A DNA stretch of 60,015 nucleotides, counting the filler, from Basidioascus undulatus (lineage: Eukaryota): NCBI GenBank assembly GCA_000826855.1. It is 9 parts of 9 records of this genome, joined end to end, with 100 filler letters (N's around TTAATTAATTAA, not from the genome) between each part and the next. Parts side by side here need not be neighbours in the genome. Positions count along the whole stretch, not along the records: positions 33,472 to 40,049 come from JTLS01001716.1; positions 40,150 to 46,718 come from JTLS01001717.1; positions 46,819 to 53,383 come from JTLS01001718.1; 6 more parts are not named here. One strand, written 5' to 3'. The notes beneath the pieces were generated by a model that saw nothing but the letters and a program-made list of their open reading frames with translations, had not been told where the DNA came from and made no database searches. This document shows, piece after piece, positions 36,336 through 48,030 of the stretch. Each line of letters opens with the position of its first letter. The first letter of the stretch is position 1. The position numbers were made by a program, and so were the translations under genes.

Positions 36336-38099
36336 GTTGTGGCTATTGTCGGCTTTGAAAAAAATAGTGTTTCGAAAGCTCTTGAAAGTAATTGGAATGT
36401 CAATATCGCTAGATGATAATGTATACAAGGCTACAAGGCATTTTTTTGGTCTTTGGTTCAACCCATGAGATACACTAGTGTTCTCGACAGCGAGCACAGA
36501 ACCATGATGAAACTGAAGCAGTAAATTCGCATGAATCCCCTCATTTATATTTCGACCTAGAAGAGGTATTATCTGGTGGTTAGTAATTAGTGGTTTTGCC
36601 AAGGCAGGGGTCCAGTTTGCCATGCCTCCTGTCAGCTACTGCGCCTGCTCCCGTTCCTACAGTCCCAACTGCTGTGCTCCGAGTCCGAGCAGTCAAGGGA
36701 TGAGGTTTAGCCTGCAGTTGCGTCCCGACATGGCTCTCATGATGAATATTACGAAGTTCCCCCACCCCCCGCACCCCCGGCCAAATCTGGCAAGATTAGC
36801 CAACTTCATAGACCCTTCATGCACTGCGACGGCCAGCAGAGGTCAGTGCGAAGATGTGCACATAAGCCTGGTCATGTTGCCGTCCCTAAACCATGGGAAT
36901 TCAGTGATCCACAAATGTCGTTTTGAAGGTGGCAGCCGCAGATGACAGGCGCTGGCGACGATGAAATAGGGTCCATAGGGTCACGCCAATCGTTTGGCAT
37001 AACCGTCCAAAGACGTCCAAGTCAGAAATCTCTGGGTTTCTCTTGAAAATCACCTGCTACAAAGAGCTCTGAGGTCTCATTAAACATTTCTTGGGCTGAA
37101 TTGTAGCCGGCGTGGTGCGTTCCGCAAGTACTGCCCTTGCCCCAACAAAGATGCATGTCGAAGACAGGGAAGAAGCGTGACAGCCTCCGCCCACGAGCCC
37201 GGCCTTTGCCGAATAGCTGCTGTAGAGTTCCACTATTGTACATGAAGGCGGTCTAGACGGTAATCTCCCTTTCCCACTTGTGTCATACTTGCACAGACAC
37301 GTTCAAGCCGGAATTGCCGCATCAATGGTGGTTCTTGTGGTTTTCAGGAATTTCCCAAAGGGAAGCTGCACGTTGAAGGGTATTGAGGAGTTGTTGACAG
37401 TTTTGGAGGCCTCAGAGTAGATCATTTTTGAGGCCGATGGCTCCAGGCGGTGCCTGAGAAGAGGAGCTGTCACGACGAAACCATCCGCAACTTGCGCAAA
37501 GAATTGAGTGATGAGATTACACAGCGAAGGCGTCTGGAGAAATAGCCATCGAAGTTGACCACCTACCCCATCCACCCCATCCACCCAGCCTATTCCCCCT
37601 TCTGGCCAGCAGGCAGACATACTATTACATGCAGTACTTCGACGAAGCTTTTCATATCATTCTGACTATCGCAGTCTTTCGCATCTCCCTGCGGTTTTCC
37701 TGGTATGCTTGGGCGCCCGTGGAGAAGAACCCCACGTTGTTCGACAGAGGCATTGATGCCTTTCTAGGCATTGGGTGGTACTGCTCCAGCGTTGTGTTCA
37801 TGTGACAATGTGAGTTGCGACGCGACCGGCGGCTCAATAAACAGGCACTTCGATCTCAAGAACCCGATATGACAGATCCGAGACCGCTGCTGGGCTTGGG
37901 CATGCTGCAGACTGGACGGAGACCAGTCAACGCTAAGGTAATGCCCATTTTGTTAACGCCACAGGGAACTTAATCCCCATGCGCTTACTTAATGATACAA
38001 AAGATTTGGGGGTTTCTACATGCAATGCTTCCTTTCGTGTCGCGAATGTCCGCGTGGCGAGCTGTCGCGCTCGAGAAGCAAGTCTGAAGCTGCGTATCC

Positions 38100-39067
38100 C
38101 CCGGAGATGATACTGAACGGACTCTCCTCCAACAGCCCAAGGCCCTCTTCTGGACGATGTGACCGTCTCGGTGTTCCGTTTTCTCTTTGAACCACCGCAC
38201 TCGGGTCCCGTACAACATCCCATCTCGCTCGCTCCGCTGCTCGTCTGTCGAACCTGGCACCGCCTGGGCATGCGCATCGCCTACTCGCGCTGCGCCCTCA
38301 CGCGCCCCAGACAGTACTCATCATTCGCCCTTACTCTCTGCCAATGCCCGCTTCTTCTCAGCCTAACGCTTGATCGTCTCGTCCTTGTCTACTGCGAGCT
38401 GAACCTCCTCTCAAGCTCACGTACCTCCTGCGAGCGGCCGCGCGCTCCGCGTACTGGAGTTCCAGCTACACGACATCGTCACATCTGTTTAGCCCAGATA
38501 AACAGCCTCGGGGAGAGGATATTCTAGAGCTCGGGAGCCTAGGCCCCCGCAGAAGGTCTCAGCAGCTGTGTCACTCCTGGGATGTCTTTCCTCATTTCCT
38601 ACGGCACCTGGGCATCGAGGCGTGTATCGTCTCCGCTTCGAGAAGCACTCCAGCCATCGCGCACATCATCGAAGGCCTCACCGATGCGCCGGGTCTGAAG
38701 CGCTTTTCTGTCCGCCTGATGCCTGGCCAGACGCTCGTGAGTTCGGGCTGGATGGAGGACGTCCGCGACCGCGGCTGCATGCTGTGGCATATTCCCGGAC
38801 CTCATCTAATCGTCGACGTCGCCTGCTTGGAGGACTGCAAGGGGCTTGCCGAGTACCGGGGAAGGTGACACGATTCTCCGCAGCGGTACCAACGGGGCCA
38901 GTTCCGCGTCTGCCTGGCCGACCGCAGCGACAGTGAGGAGGAGCGGCTTGAGAAGCAAAGCGATATCAGAGGCGACGCTCGTTGCCGGCTGGGAGGAAGG
39001 TGGGCTCTTTAAACGCCGTGATGTTTTCACCATTTCCTGTCCCTACCGATTCTCCGTCAGCCGATGA
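38100..39067 (+). pseudogene. Decayed F-box-like gene
   Basis: PISLAPLLVCRTWHRLGMRIAYSRCALTRPRQYSSFALTLCQCPLL resembles the basidiomycete F-box-like motif. Downstream frames are broken. Confidence 0.45.
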
Positions 39068-39493
39068 GTGAGTCTGTGTGCCTGAAGGTTGTGTCATGCG
39101 CTTCGTTATGTGTCTTGCCTCACGCTCTCCATGAAACGTGTTTGTATGCTCGTGAGCGTTTTGGGTATGCTCGGCTTCCACCAGCTGCAAGATATATTCA
39201 CAGCTTGCGCTGAACGCCCCGTTGAACCATGTCGCACTAACTCATTCGAATCCCAAAGCATAATACCGAGATGGCGACAACTGCGTTACTCTACTGTACA
39301 TGCAAGGCAAACTGTCGGTTACTTACACGACAAGATCGTGTAACGAGCGTGTGCGTACGCAAGCGAGTGTGCGAGCGACGCCAGCCGCGAGGGTATATCG
39401 TACAATACAACAAGTCCCATTCTCTGCCTTCCCCTCCCTCCTCATCCCACCCCACCCGCGCCTCCACCCCTCTGCTCTCTACCGAACCGCCCC

Positions 39494-39965
39494 TCAATCG
39501 ACCTCCATCCCCATCTTCATCGCCTCCCCGCCGGCGGACACAAGACTGCTGCCGTGCTTGGCCTTGGCCGCCTTGACCTTGATTTTGGTCTTCTCCCGGT
39601 CGGCGGCCTTGCCCGCCTTGATCGCCGGCAGGAGGCTCAGCGAGCGCGAGACTTCCGCGCGGTCCTCGACCTTGCGGCGGGAGGCGTTGGCGGCCATGCT
39701 GTTTCGCCGCCAGACTCACAGCAGTCAGTTTTATGAAAAGAGACAGAGAACAGAGGGGAGAAAGGGGGGGAGGGAATGACGGGAGGCAAGGGGGAAGGGG
39801 AGGGAAGAGGGAGGATGGAGAGACGGACCGGTTCTTCCAGAACGCCACCTCCCGACGCTTTTTGATCTCGCCCACGCGCTTCATCGCCTTGAGCGTGGTC
39901 GCGATCAGCTCGCGGTTGTAGCGCACGGGGACGTGCCGGCGCTTCTCGAACTCGAGCGTGGAGTC
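39494..39965 (-). CDS. RLP24: Ribosome biogenesis protein Rlp24, 3' exons; 5' lost
   Basis: [46 protein letters not shown], intron, then [16 protein letters not shown]...GMEVD*. Confidence 0.92.
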
Positions 39966-40049
39966 CTATGTTCGGGCGGGGTTCAGCACGTCGCAACGAA
40001 ACGAAAAGAGAACGAATGTTTCTGGTCGCACAAAGTTGATCAGGCTCAG

Positions 40050-40149
40050 NNNNNNNNNNNNNNNNNNNNNNNNNNNNNNNNNNNNNNNNNNNNTTAATTA
40101 ATTAANNNNNNNNNNNNNNNNNNNNNNNNNNNNNNNNNNNNNNNNNNNN
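40050..40149. other. Artificial contig linker
   Basis: N44-TTAATTAATTAA-N44. Confidence 0.98.
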
Positions 40150-40733
40150 GGGGTGGAGGAAGGAAGGAAGTGGCGCCGCGAGGAGTAGGTGGCAGGCTGG
40201 CGGAGGCTGGACTTAGGTGGAATCACCGGCGGGGCGAAGTCGTCGATCTCCTCCAGAAGGAAGGACGAGGACGCGGAGGAAGCGGACGAAGAAGCGCAGT
40301 GGGTGAGCGGTCGAGCCTGGGAGGGGGAGGACCACGGCGTGGGCTCTTCGAGGATGCAGGGGGTCGTTTCGGAGGGGAAGGACGGAGGGCGCGAGGGGCG
40401 CGGGGAGCCGGAGGGAGCAGAGCGGAGGGAGGCGTTGGAGGAGGTTTGTAGGCTGCGGGGGGAGGAGGGAGGGGGTCAGTGCGCGTGGCTTGGGTGTAGC
40501 CTCGGAGAGCGGGAGCGGAAGCGAAAGGGTAGGGATGCAGAGGGGGAGGGGGAGGGGACGGACCGAGAGGGAGCACGTGCAAACGGGTCCTCGTCCGGCC
40601 CAAAAAGGAGCGTCGGGGAGGCAGTGCTCGTCCGCTGGATGGACGGCGAGGGGGGCCCGGAGGAGGAGGCAGAGGAGGAAGAGCGGGAGCGGAGGGAGAG
40701 GGAGGGGACGGAGGAGGGGGTGCGGGCGTGCAT
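40150..40733 (-). CDS. Hypothetical Ser/Pro-rich protein, 5' part
   Basis: MHARTPSSVPSLSLRSRSSSSASSSGPPSPSIQRTSTASPTLLFGPDEDPFA, then an intron with a pyrimidine tract, CTGAC branch and CAG at about 40453. The next exon LQTSSNASLRSAP...FLLEEIDDFAPPVIPPKSSLR stays open to the contig end. Confidence 0.55.
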
Positions 40734-40760
40734 AGTCGGTCGGTGACTTCCTTGTGGAAG

Positions 40761-43700
40761 GGGAAGAAAGGAGAGGGGGGTGGTCGCTACTGGTACGTTC
40801 CCTTTCGGAGGGGGTGTTGCTTTGACGAATACGCGCTAAAGGCTCTGTCCTCGTGCGCGCAGAGCTGGGAAGGATCATGTCGAGAGTGCGCTTCTCTAAC
40901 CACCGTGTTGCCTCGAGTGTACTAAACATCGTCGGGCGGGATGGCAGGGCTTCCTCCGCTTCAAGACCTTCCAGACCATCCTCGCTCTACCTCCGAAAGC
41001 CAAGCTCAGCGACTTGGTGCGCATTCCCTTTCCATCACCCAAGCCTTCTCACCACTCCCACTGACGCGCGGCCTGCCCACGCAGATTCAATGCGTCGCTT
41101 CCGCGAACGAGTTCGCTGAGCTCGTGCCGCGCCAGAACGAGAAGAAGGTACGCTACAGTCATATCTGTCGGTGCTTTGCGAGGGTATTGGCTCATAGCAG
41201 ACTTCTCGCACTAACAGATCCTAAACAAACTCCGCGAGCATCAGGACATCCGCTTCCCGCCCGCGAAGATCGCCACGGCCGCGGACAAGGTCCGGTTGCT
41301 CATGCAGGTGCGCTTCGTTCTCCTTCCTGGAACTCTACCGCTCGGACGCCGCTGACCTGATGCGCGTTTGCGAGACAGGCAACGCTCGCCGGCATCTCGC
41401 TCGAGGACTACAAGGCGGACGGCTGCCAGCCCGTCATGGAGAGCTTGACGATCTTCCGGCACGCTCCGCGCATCGCGAGAGGTGCGCTGGTCCGTCTGTC
41501 CCTTCCGCGCATGACTCCGCAGTCGCTGAGTTCATCATGGCGGTGGGTCAGCCATCGGCGACGTCGCGTTTGAGCGTCGCGACGGCGCGGTTGCGCGCGC
41601 GGCGCTGGAACTGTCGCGGTCGCTGAACGCCAAGGCGTGGGAGGACCGGTGCGTGTTCTGAGGATTGCTTCATGGCCCTCGCTTTCAGTGCTGACGCGCG
41701 TGCGGGGACTCGTACAGCTCGATCGTCCTGCGCCAGATTGACCACATCGGGGCCAAGTCGCTGAAGGTGCGTTCATGCGTTTTCTTCGTAGGCCAAGCAG
41801 CTGGGCTGAACATTCGCTTTGCCGCTTGCAGGTCCTCATCGACGCCGGCATCACCTCCATCGCTTCGCTGCGCGAGCAGGAGCCCAGCCGAATCGAGTTG
41901 GTACGTCGCCTTCCCCTCTCATATCCTCTTTGACGTTTGAACTGACAATATCTCACCTTCCGCCTTGCCCAGCTCCTCAACCGCAACCCCCCGTTCGGCA
42001 ACAACGTTATCGCGCTCGCTAACGCGATCCCGCAGCTCAAGATCACCGTCGAGGAGCAGTACATCCAGGCGGACGGCAAGTCGCCCGTCCTCGCGACGCT
42101 CCGCGTCGAGCTCGCCGTCGCAGAGAACGCCAAGCTCAAGACCAAGACGCGCTCGGGCATGATCGTCTACGTCACCAGCTTGCTCACTTCGAGCGACGAC
42201 GAGGTGCGTTCTTGACATGGCGGGCAACGGCTATGGCTGTTGGACGAGAACGCTGATGCGTAGGGTCGGGCGCTGCAGCTCATCGACTTCCGCCGCATCC
42301 CCGTCAAGGCGCTGGTCGGCAAGCTCAAGGACTTCACCGTCACGGTCAACTTGACGCGGCCTAGCCAGAGGGTCATCGCCTCTATCGCCTGTGTACGTCT
42401 TCCTTCGCTTAAGCGACTTCGACTCATAGGAGAGTACCGGACCAACGCGATGAGAGCTCTGGCAGGAAGAATTCGCCGGCGTCCATGAGACAGTCGTGTA
42501 CAGGCCGAAGTGCGCTGCGAACCTATTCCCGGTTCCCGACACCCACCCGCCGAGCGACGTGCGTCTTCTTCTGATCATCAAGTAGAGGAATATTTTGCTG
42601 ACTGAAGCGGCTTTACCAACAGATCGACGCGTTACTCGAGGGCCTGGAAGACGACCCGTCGTTCTTCGACAACGACGACGTGATCGACCTGACCAACAAG
42701 TCGAAATCGCCAGCGGTCGGTGCGTGCTTCAGGGTAGCGCTCGTGAACCGACGGAGAGCTGGACTGAGGCCTTTCCGACAGCCTCGACCAAGTCTTCAGC
42801 CAAATCAGCCAAATCGCCCGCGGCGCTCCCCGCCCCGACCGACGAGGGCGAGCCCGAACGGCTGGCGAACGGCAACTTCCGCTGCTCGCACCGCGGCGAG
42901 AGCTGCGTCGCGGGAAAGTGCTCGCACAAGTGGTACGTCTTTTTACATTCTACCCCACAGGTGATTCCGCCGGCCTTAACTGACACGCTTCATCCGCAGC
43001 TGCAGCAACGGGGTGAAGCGGAAGCCGCGCAAGAGCCGACCCGCGCAGGCGTCCGCGTCGGTCCAGAACGCCCCCGCCTCCGACTCGCAGGAGGATATGC
43101 TCGCCTCGCCGTCCCCAGCGCCCGCGCCGAAGAAGCGCAAGACCGCTGCGCCTCGCTCGCCTCGCCCGAGGACATCTACCTCCGCGTCGACCCCCAAGGC
43201 GCCCGTCCGTGCGCTCAACGACCTCCACGCGAAGCCGGGCAGCCCGCTCGTTTCGCGCAACCGCGTCGAGCGCATCGCCCCGAGCTACACGCCGCTCATC
43301 GAGGACAGCGATGACGACAACATCGACCTCTCGTCCATCGAGGAGGTCCTGCCCGAGGCGGGCGGCAAGACGAAGGCGCCGAAGCGCCGCCTGGACCACG
43401 AGGACTCGAGCAGCTTCCACGACTCGGAGCTCGACGCGCTCCTCGCTTCTGCGCCTGCGGATAGCTTCGAGGCGCCCTCCCAGACGCCGCGCAAAAAACC
43501 CAAGCCCGCCCGCCCGATGGGCGCGGTCGGCTGCACGCCTTCGCAGATCGTCATGCCGCCGCCGCCGCGCAAGGGCTCGAAGACGCCCCGACCCGCGGCA
43601 CGGACGAAGCCATCGCCGGCCCCGGCGGTCACTCCGCCCTTGGGCGGCGGCTCGCGCCTCGCTCGCTTCGCTAACACCTCGTCCGTCACCAAGTTCGACC

Positions 43701-44149
43701 CGCGCACGTCGAGCAGCAGCACGGCTTCTTCGAGCTCCGGCCCGGGCACCGTCACCTCGAGCAGCAGCAGCAACCGCACGACCGACCCGCGCCGCCGCCC
43801 GTCGCCCACGTCCAACGCGGTTGAGGAGCCCGCCCGCTCCTCGAGCAAGTCGCTTTCGCCAGAGACCCTCTCCCCGCCCCAGGCCCGCCCGGCGCTAGAG
43901 AGCCCGCACGCGCGCGCCCGCTCGATGGAAGTCGACGAGCCGGAGGAACCTCAGCTGAACCTGATGCAGTCGCAGCCCGGCTTGGACGTGCCCGCCGCTG
44001 AGCGCCCGCTCGATCTTCTGGAGGAGTTTGAGGTCCGTCCCTTCTTTAAGTATCTGGGCAGAGAAGGTACTCACCCACGGTCATCCTGGCAGGCGTGGAT
44101 CGCGTCCGGTGCAGTCCAGATCGTAGACAACTCGTCGGACGAGGAGTAG
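40761..44149 (+). CDS. MER3: MER3/HFM1 meiotic helicase, C-terminal half: end of winged helix, Sec63 domain, Cys/His finger, disordered tail
   Basis: Spliced VVAT-ELGRIMSR-GFLRFKTFQ...ANEFAELVPRQNEKK...DIRFP...DKVRLLMQ...SRSLNAKAWED...LRQIDHIGAKS...RIELLLNRNPPFGNN...LIDFRRIP...NGNFRCSHRGESCVAGKCSHKCCSNG, stop at 44149. The 5' boundary is uncertain. Confidence 0.85.
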
Positions 44150-45143
44150 CCAGCTCATTTCCCCTTCGTAGTCATGTCCGAGTCGCTGTTTCTTTCTGTG
44201 TCTTTGTGTAGCCTGTCTTTTGTGCCGCGATCCTTCTGTTACCCTTCCTGCAAGCAGTATGCCTGTTGAGTACCTTAGTGCGTTGCTGCTGCTCCTGCTG
44301 TTGCTGCTCGACGTGTACAGTGCGTTGCGGTTAGAGCGGGGGGGAGCAGACGAGCATGCACGTCTGTAGGTGCCCGTACTGTTAGACGGGAATGACAGGT
44401 TCTCTGTTTATTTATTTATGTCATTAGTATATAAAGTTCAAACTTGGTATCGACGGTGGGGGAAAGTACTGCCTGGGCATCTTGAGCTGAGAGGACTGCG
44501 TGCGATACGGAATGGGAGAGGTCAGTTCGCCTTCCTGTTCATATATTCTTGACAATGCGTACTCGGGCCCCGTCAAGTATGAATTTGGATTTAATAAACA
44601 CGGAGAGATTGACAAGGTCACTCTTGGTTTTGACGCCGAGTGCAGCGGTGGTTGAAACACGGTCAAAGGGAACTGTGCAAATGCTCACAAACAGTCACAG
44701 TAATGGTGGATTGCCCGCAAAAGCTTCTGCCAATGGTATTTGGGGCATTTGAATGCTCCCCAGGGGATCTAGGAGGTGACGAAGAATAGCGATGAGAAGG
44801 TAGTGTGCACACAGCAGCTGCACAGTCTAGGGTTGATCATAAGGCATCCGTTCCCGTGGCCAACTGTGCCCTTCCGGATCGTAGTCCACATATGAGAACG
44901 ATTCTAGGCGCAATACTAAAGTATTAATTTCTAAAGTGAATGCAGGAAGCCCCACCATTTCTCGTACTCTCGCGGCTTGCTGTTTGGCAATGGCGGACGG
45001 CGGAGGTCCGCTCACGCTGGAGGCCGTTCGCTGCGCCGCTCACACGCTCAAACCAACACCACGACCATCACCGCACAGCGCATCTGCATCTTCTCAGACC
45101 CTATATTTTTCACCTCCGACCTCGTGTAATTTATCTTAATCCT

Positions 45144-46718
45144 ATGTGCGGCACTCGTATTCGCATGCTCGCATCGGCTGCCGCTGAGCGCGTTCCCAGT
45201 CCCCAGGTCTGGCTCCCTTGCTGACCGTATCGCGGCCTTGAGCGCGAGCAACAAGTCCCGTCCGTCGACGGGGCCTGGCGCGCAGGATGCGCATCAGCGC
45301 ATTGCCAGCGGTGGGAGTGTGAAGGAGCGCATGGGTGAGCAGAACCTCCTTTGGGCGCTGGTTCCTGCGGGGTGGAGCTCGACGGTGTGGACTGGAGGTG
45401 TGGACTGGAGGTGTGGACTGGAGCCTGCGCGCCTCTGGCCGTTCATCATGGCATAGAGGGACTCGTACTCTGAAGGAGGTCCTGTGCTGCTACAGATTGG
45501 ATCATTCGTGGACCCAGCTGGATCTACCACCTCGTCTCACAGAGCCTTCTCCCCTCGCCGGAACTGAGACACCCTCTCTTACCCAGCCAAGTTCCAGAAC
45601 CCTGAATCGAAGCCTCTGGAGGTATGTCGTTTATTTCTTAGTCGCGCTCATCTTCAAGCTGATGTGTCATTTCCAGGTCAAGGGCTCTTTCGCGCTCGGC
45701 GCACCCGCACCTTCAGGTGCTCGTCTTGAGCGGCCGCTACAGGGGAAGTCCTGGTCGGGCGTCCCGCCTCCCTCTTTAAGCCCTCAACCGACGGGCACCG
45801 GCTCCACCATCTCTTCTGCGAAACGCCCCGCCGCGCCGCCCAGCACGGCGTCCTCTGATTCCCTTCCCCCCTCGAACTCCTCGGAGCGCGCATCAACGCC
45901 GACTCCCCCTTCCACCATTCCCCCATCATCACCCCGCGATCCGCGCCTCGCGATCCCGACCGGCACCGCGACGCCCAACTCGATGCGGGTCGAAACCGGC
46001 TCGATCGCGTCCTCCACGGATAACCGCGCCGAGGCGCTGACGCCCACGCCGGGCAGCCCGGCGTTCTCGACCGCCGCCGAGAGCGAGCTCGCCGTGCCGG
46101 AGATGCGGGGCGAGGAGGTCGTGGAGAACGAGAAGATCGTGGAGCGCCTGCGGGAGGACAAGGAGCGCGACTTGGTGGAGGAGCAGCGCCACGCGGACGG
46201 CGACTCGGACGAGCTGCGGGAGCACCACGGCAGCGACGACGAGGTCGTGGAGCGCCAGACGCCCAGGAAGGGCGCCGTGCCGCCTGTGTCTCTGGAGGAC
46301 GGCGATGAGATCGCCGAGGAGGAGGAGCTCAAACCCACTGCTGAGCCTGTCGTCTCCGCCGCTGAGCCTGCCCACACCGCCGCCGTGGCCCAGGCGACCG
46401 AGGACCTGGCACGCCTCTCGGTGGACCTCACCCCGTCGGACGCCGGCAGCCAGCCAGCGACGCCGGCGACGCCGGGCTTCAAGCAGGAGTCGAACTCCGC
46501 GCCCGCGGTCTCCGAGCCCGCGCCCGCCAAGTCGGAGACGCCCACGCAGGATGCCGGCGCCGACGAGGAGTCGACCCCCCCTGCGCTCGGTGGCTCGCAG
46601 AACCTCGAGTCGCCGCCGCCCGCGCAGCTGCCGACGTCCATGACGTTCCGTCCCTCCACCTCAACTCCAACAAAAGGCTCCGCCCCACTATCTTCGCCTT
46701 TCTCGCCACCGTGCGTCT
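45144..46718 (+). CDS. Hypothetical disordered protein; 3' truncated
   Basis: MSGSLADRIAALSASNKSR...GGSVKERMAKFQNPESKPLE-VKGSFALGAPAPS, followed by more than 1 kb of open Pro/Ser/Glu-rich exon. Introns at about 45146-45206, 45335-45586 and 45622-45676. Confidence 0.7.
45384..45423 (+). repeat. 3 x GGTGTGGACTGGA tandem repeat, intronic
   Basis: Visible directly. Confidence 0.85.
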
Positions 46719-46818
46719 NNNNNNNNNNNNNNNNNNNNNNNNNNNNNNNNNNNNNNNNNNNNTTAATTAATTAANNNNNNNNNNNNNNNNNNNNNNNNNN
46801 NNNNNNNNNNNNNNNNNN
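46719..46818. other. Artificial contig linker
   Basis: N44-TTAATTAATTAA-N44. Confidence 0.98.
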
Positions 46819-48030
46819 CGCGGTTCATCGCGGGCGGGCTGGGGGGGATCACGTCGCAGCTTGGTGCGTCTTCTCTGTCTCAATCTCCCTCCCAACCCCT
46901 ACATCATTCCCCCAGACATTGACGCATGCGCACAGCTATCTACCCGATCGAGACGATCAAGGTGCGCTCTGGGGAAAGAAGATGTGGGCGAGAAGCATGC
47001 GAGCTGACGGGAGTGGGTGGTGGTAAAGACCCGAATGATGTCCTCCCGCACAGCATGCACGCCCGGCAGCGGTCTCGTGTTCAAGACCGCGCGGGACATG
47101 TGGCACCGCGCGGGGTTCACGGCGTTCTACCGTGGTCTGCCTGTGCGTGCATCCTCTTCTGTTTACCCATCTGCACTGCCGGCGATGTACTGATTGCATC
47201 TTATGAACGGACGATCTAGGCCGGCCTTATCGGCGTCTTCCCCTACAGCGGTACGCACTGGAGGAATTCTGGGAGGCGGTAGGATGACTGAACGTGGGTG
47301 TGGGGTGTGTTGGAATGGGTAGCCATTGATATGTCCACCTTCGAGGCCCTCAAGCTCGCGTATGTGCGGTATCGTGACGGCGACGAGCCGGGGAACGTCG
47401 CGCTCCTTATGTTTGGGAGTCTGTCCGGGTCGATTGGCGCGACGAGCGTGTACCCGCTTAATTTGTTGAGGACGCGGTGCGTGTTCCTTCCCCTTATTCT
47501 TCCTCCTCTTCCATCCTGCCTTCCCCCATTCCTCTCCCGACCCCTTGCTCCCTGTTTTCTCCGTCCCTTCCTTGCTTCCTCCCTCCGTCCCTCCGTGCCT
47601 CCCCCCTTTCTCGTCGTCTTCCTCCCGTTGTGGCCTGCTATCCCCGGAATGGCTCAGCTGAACGCGGATGGCTGGATGGATTCGTGGTACGGCCCGCAGA
47701 TTACAAGCCTCTGGCACGCCCGCCCACCCGCAGGTGTACGAGGGCTTCAGGGACGTCGCGTGGAAGACGTACGAGCGCGAGGGCGTCAGGGGGTTCTACC
47801 GCGGCTTGGTGCCGACGCTGGCGAAGGTGCGCAACCCTCCGGTTACACGGCGTGCAAACATTATTGAATAGAATCCTGACGCGGTGTTCTATATGAACGT
47901 TGATAGGTCGTCCCTGCCGTGTACGTTGCTTCTGTCCACTTTCCGCGCGGCCCGCTGATGTTTTTCAACTTCCTCCAGCTCCTTGTCCTATCTCTCCTAC
48001 GAGCACGCCAAGCGCTACCTGGGCGTCTGA
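46819..48030 (+). CDS. SAL1: Mitochondrial carrier, Sal1/SCaMC (ATP-Mg/Pi)-like; 5' truncated
   Basis: RFIAGGLGGITSQLAIYPIETIKTRMM...FYRGL..GLIGVFPYSAIDMSTFEALK...GATSVYPLNLLRTRLQASGTPAHPQVYEGF...GLVPTLAKVVPAVSLSYLSYEHAKRYLGV*. Confidence 0.88.

Noticed and set aside
45384..45423. Short direct repeats here and at 19863 and 21701 as CRISPR-like arrays
   Set aside because: No unique spacers of suitable length, no cas genes, and a eukaryotic context.
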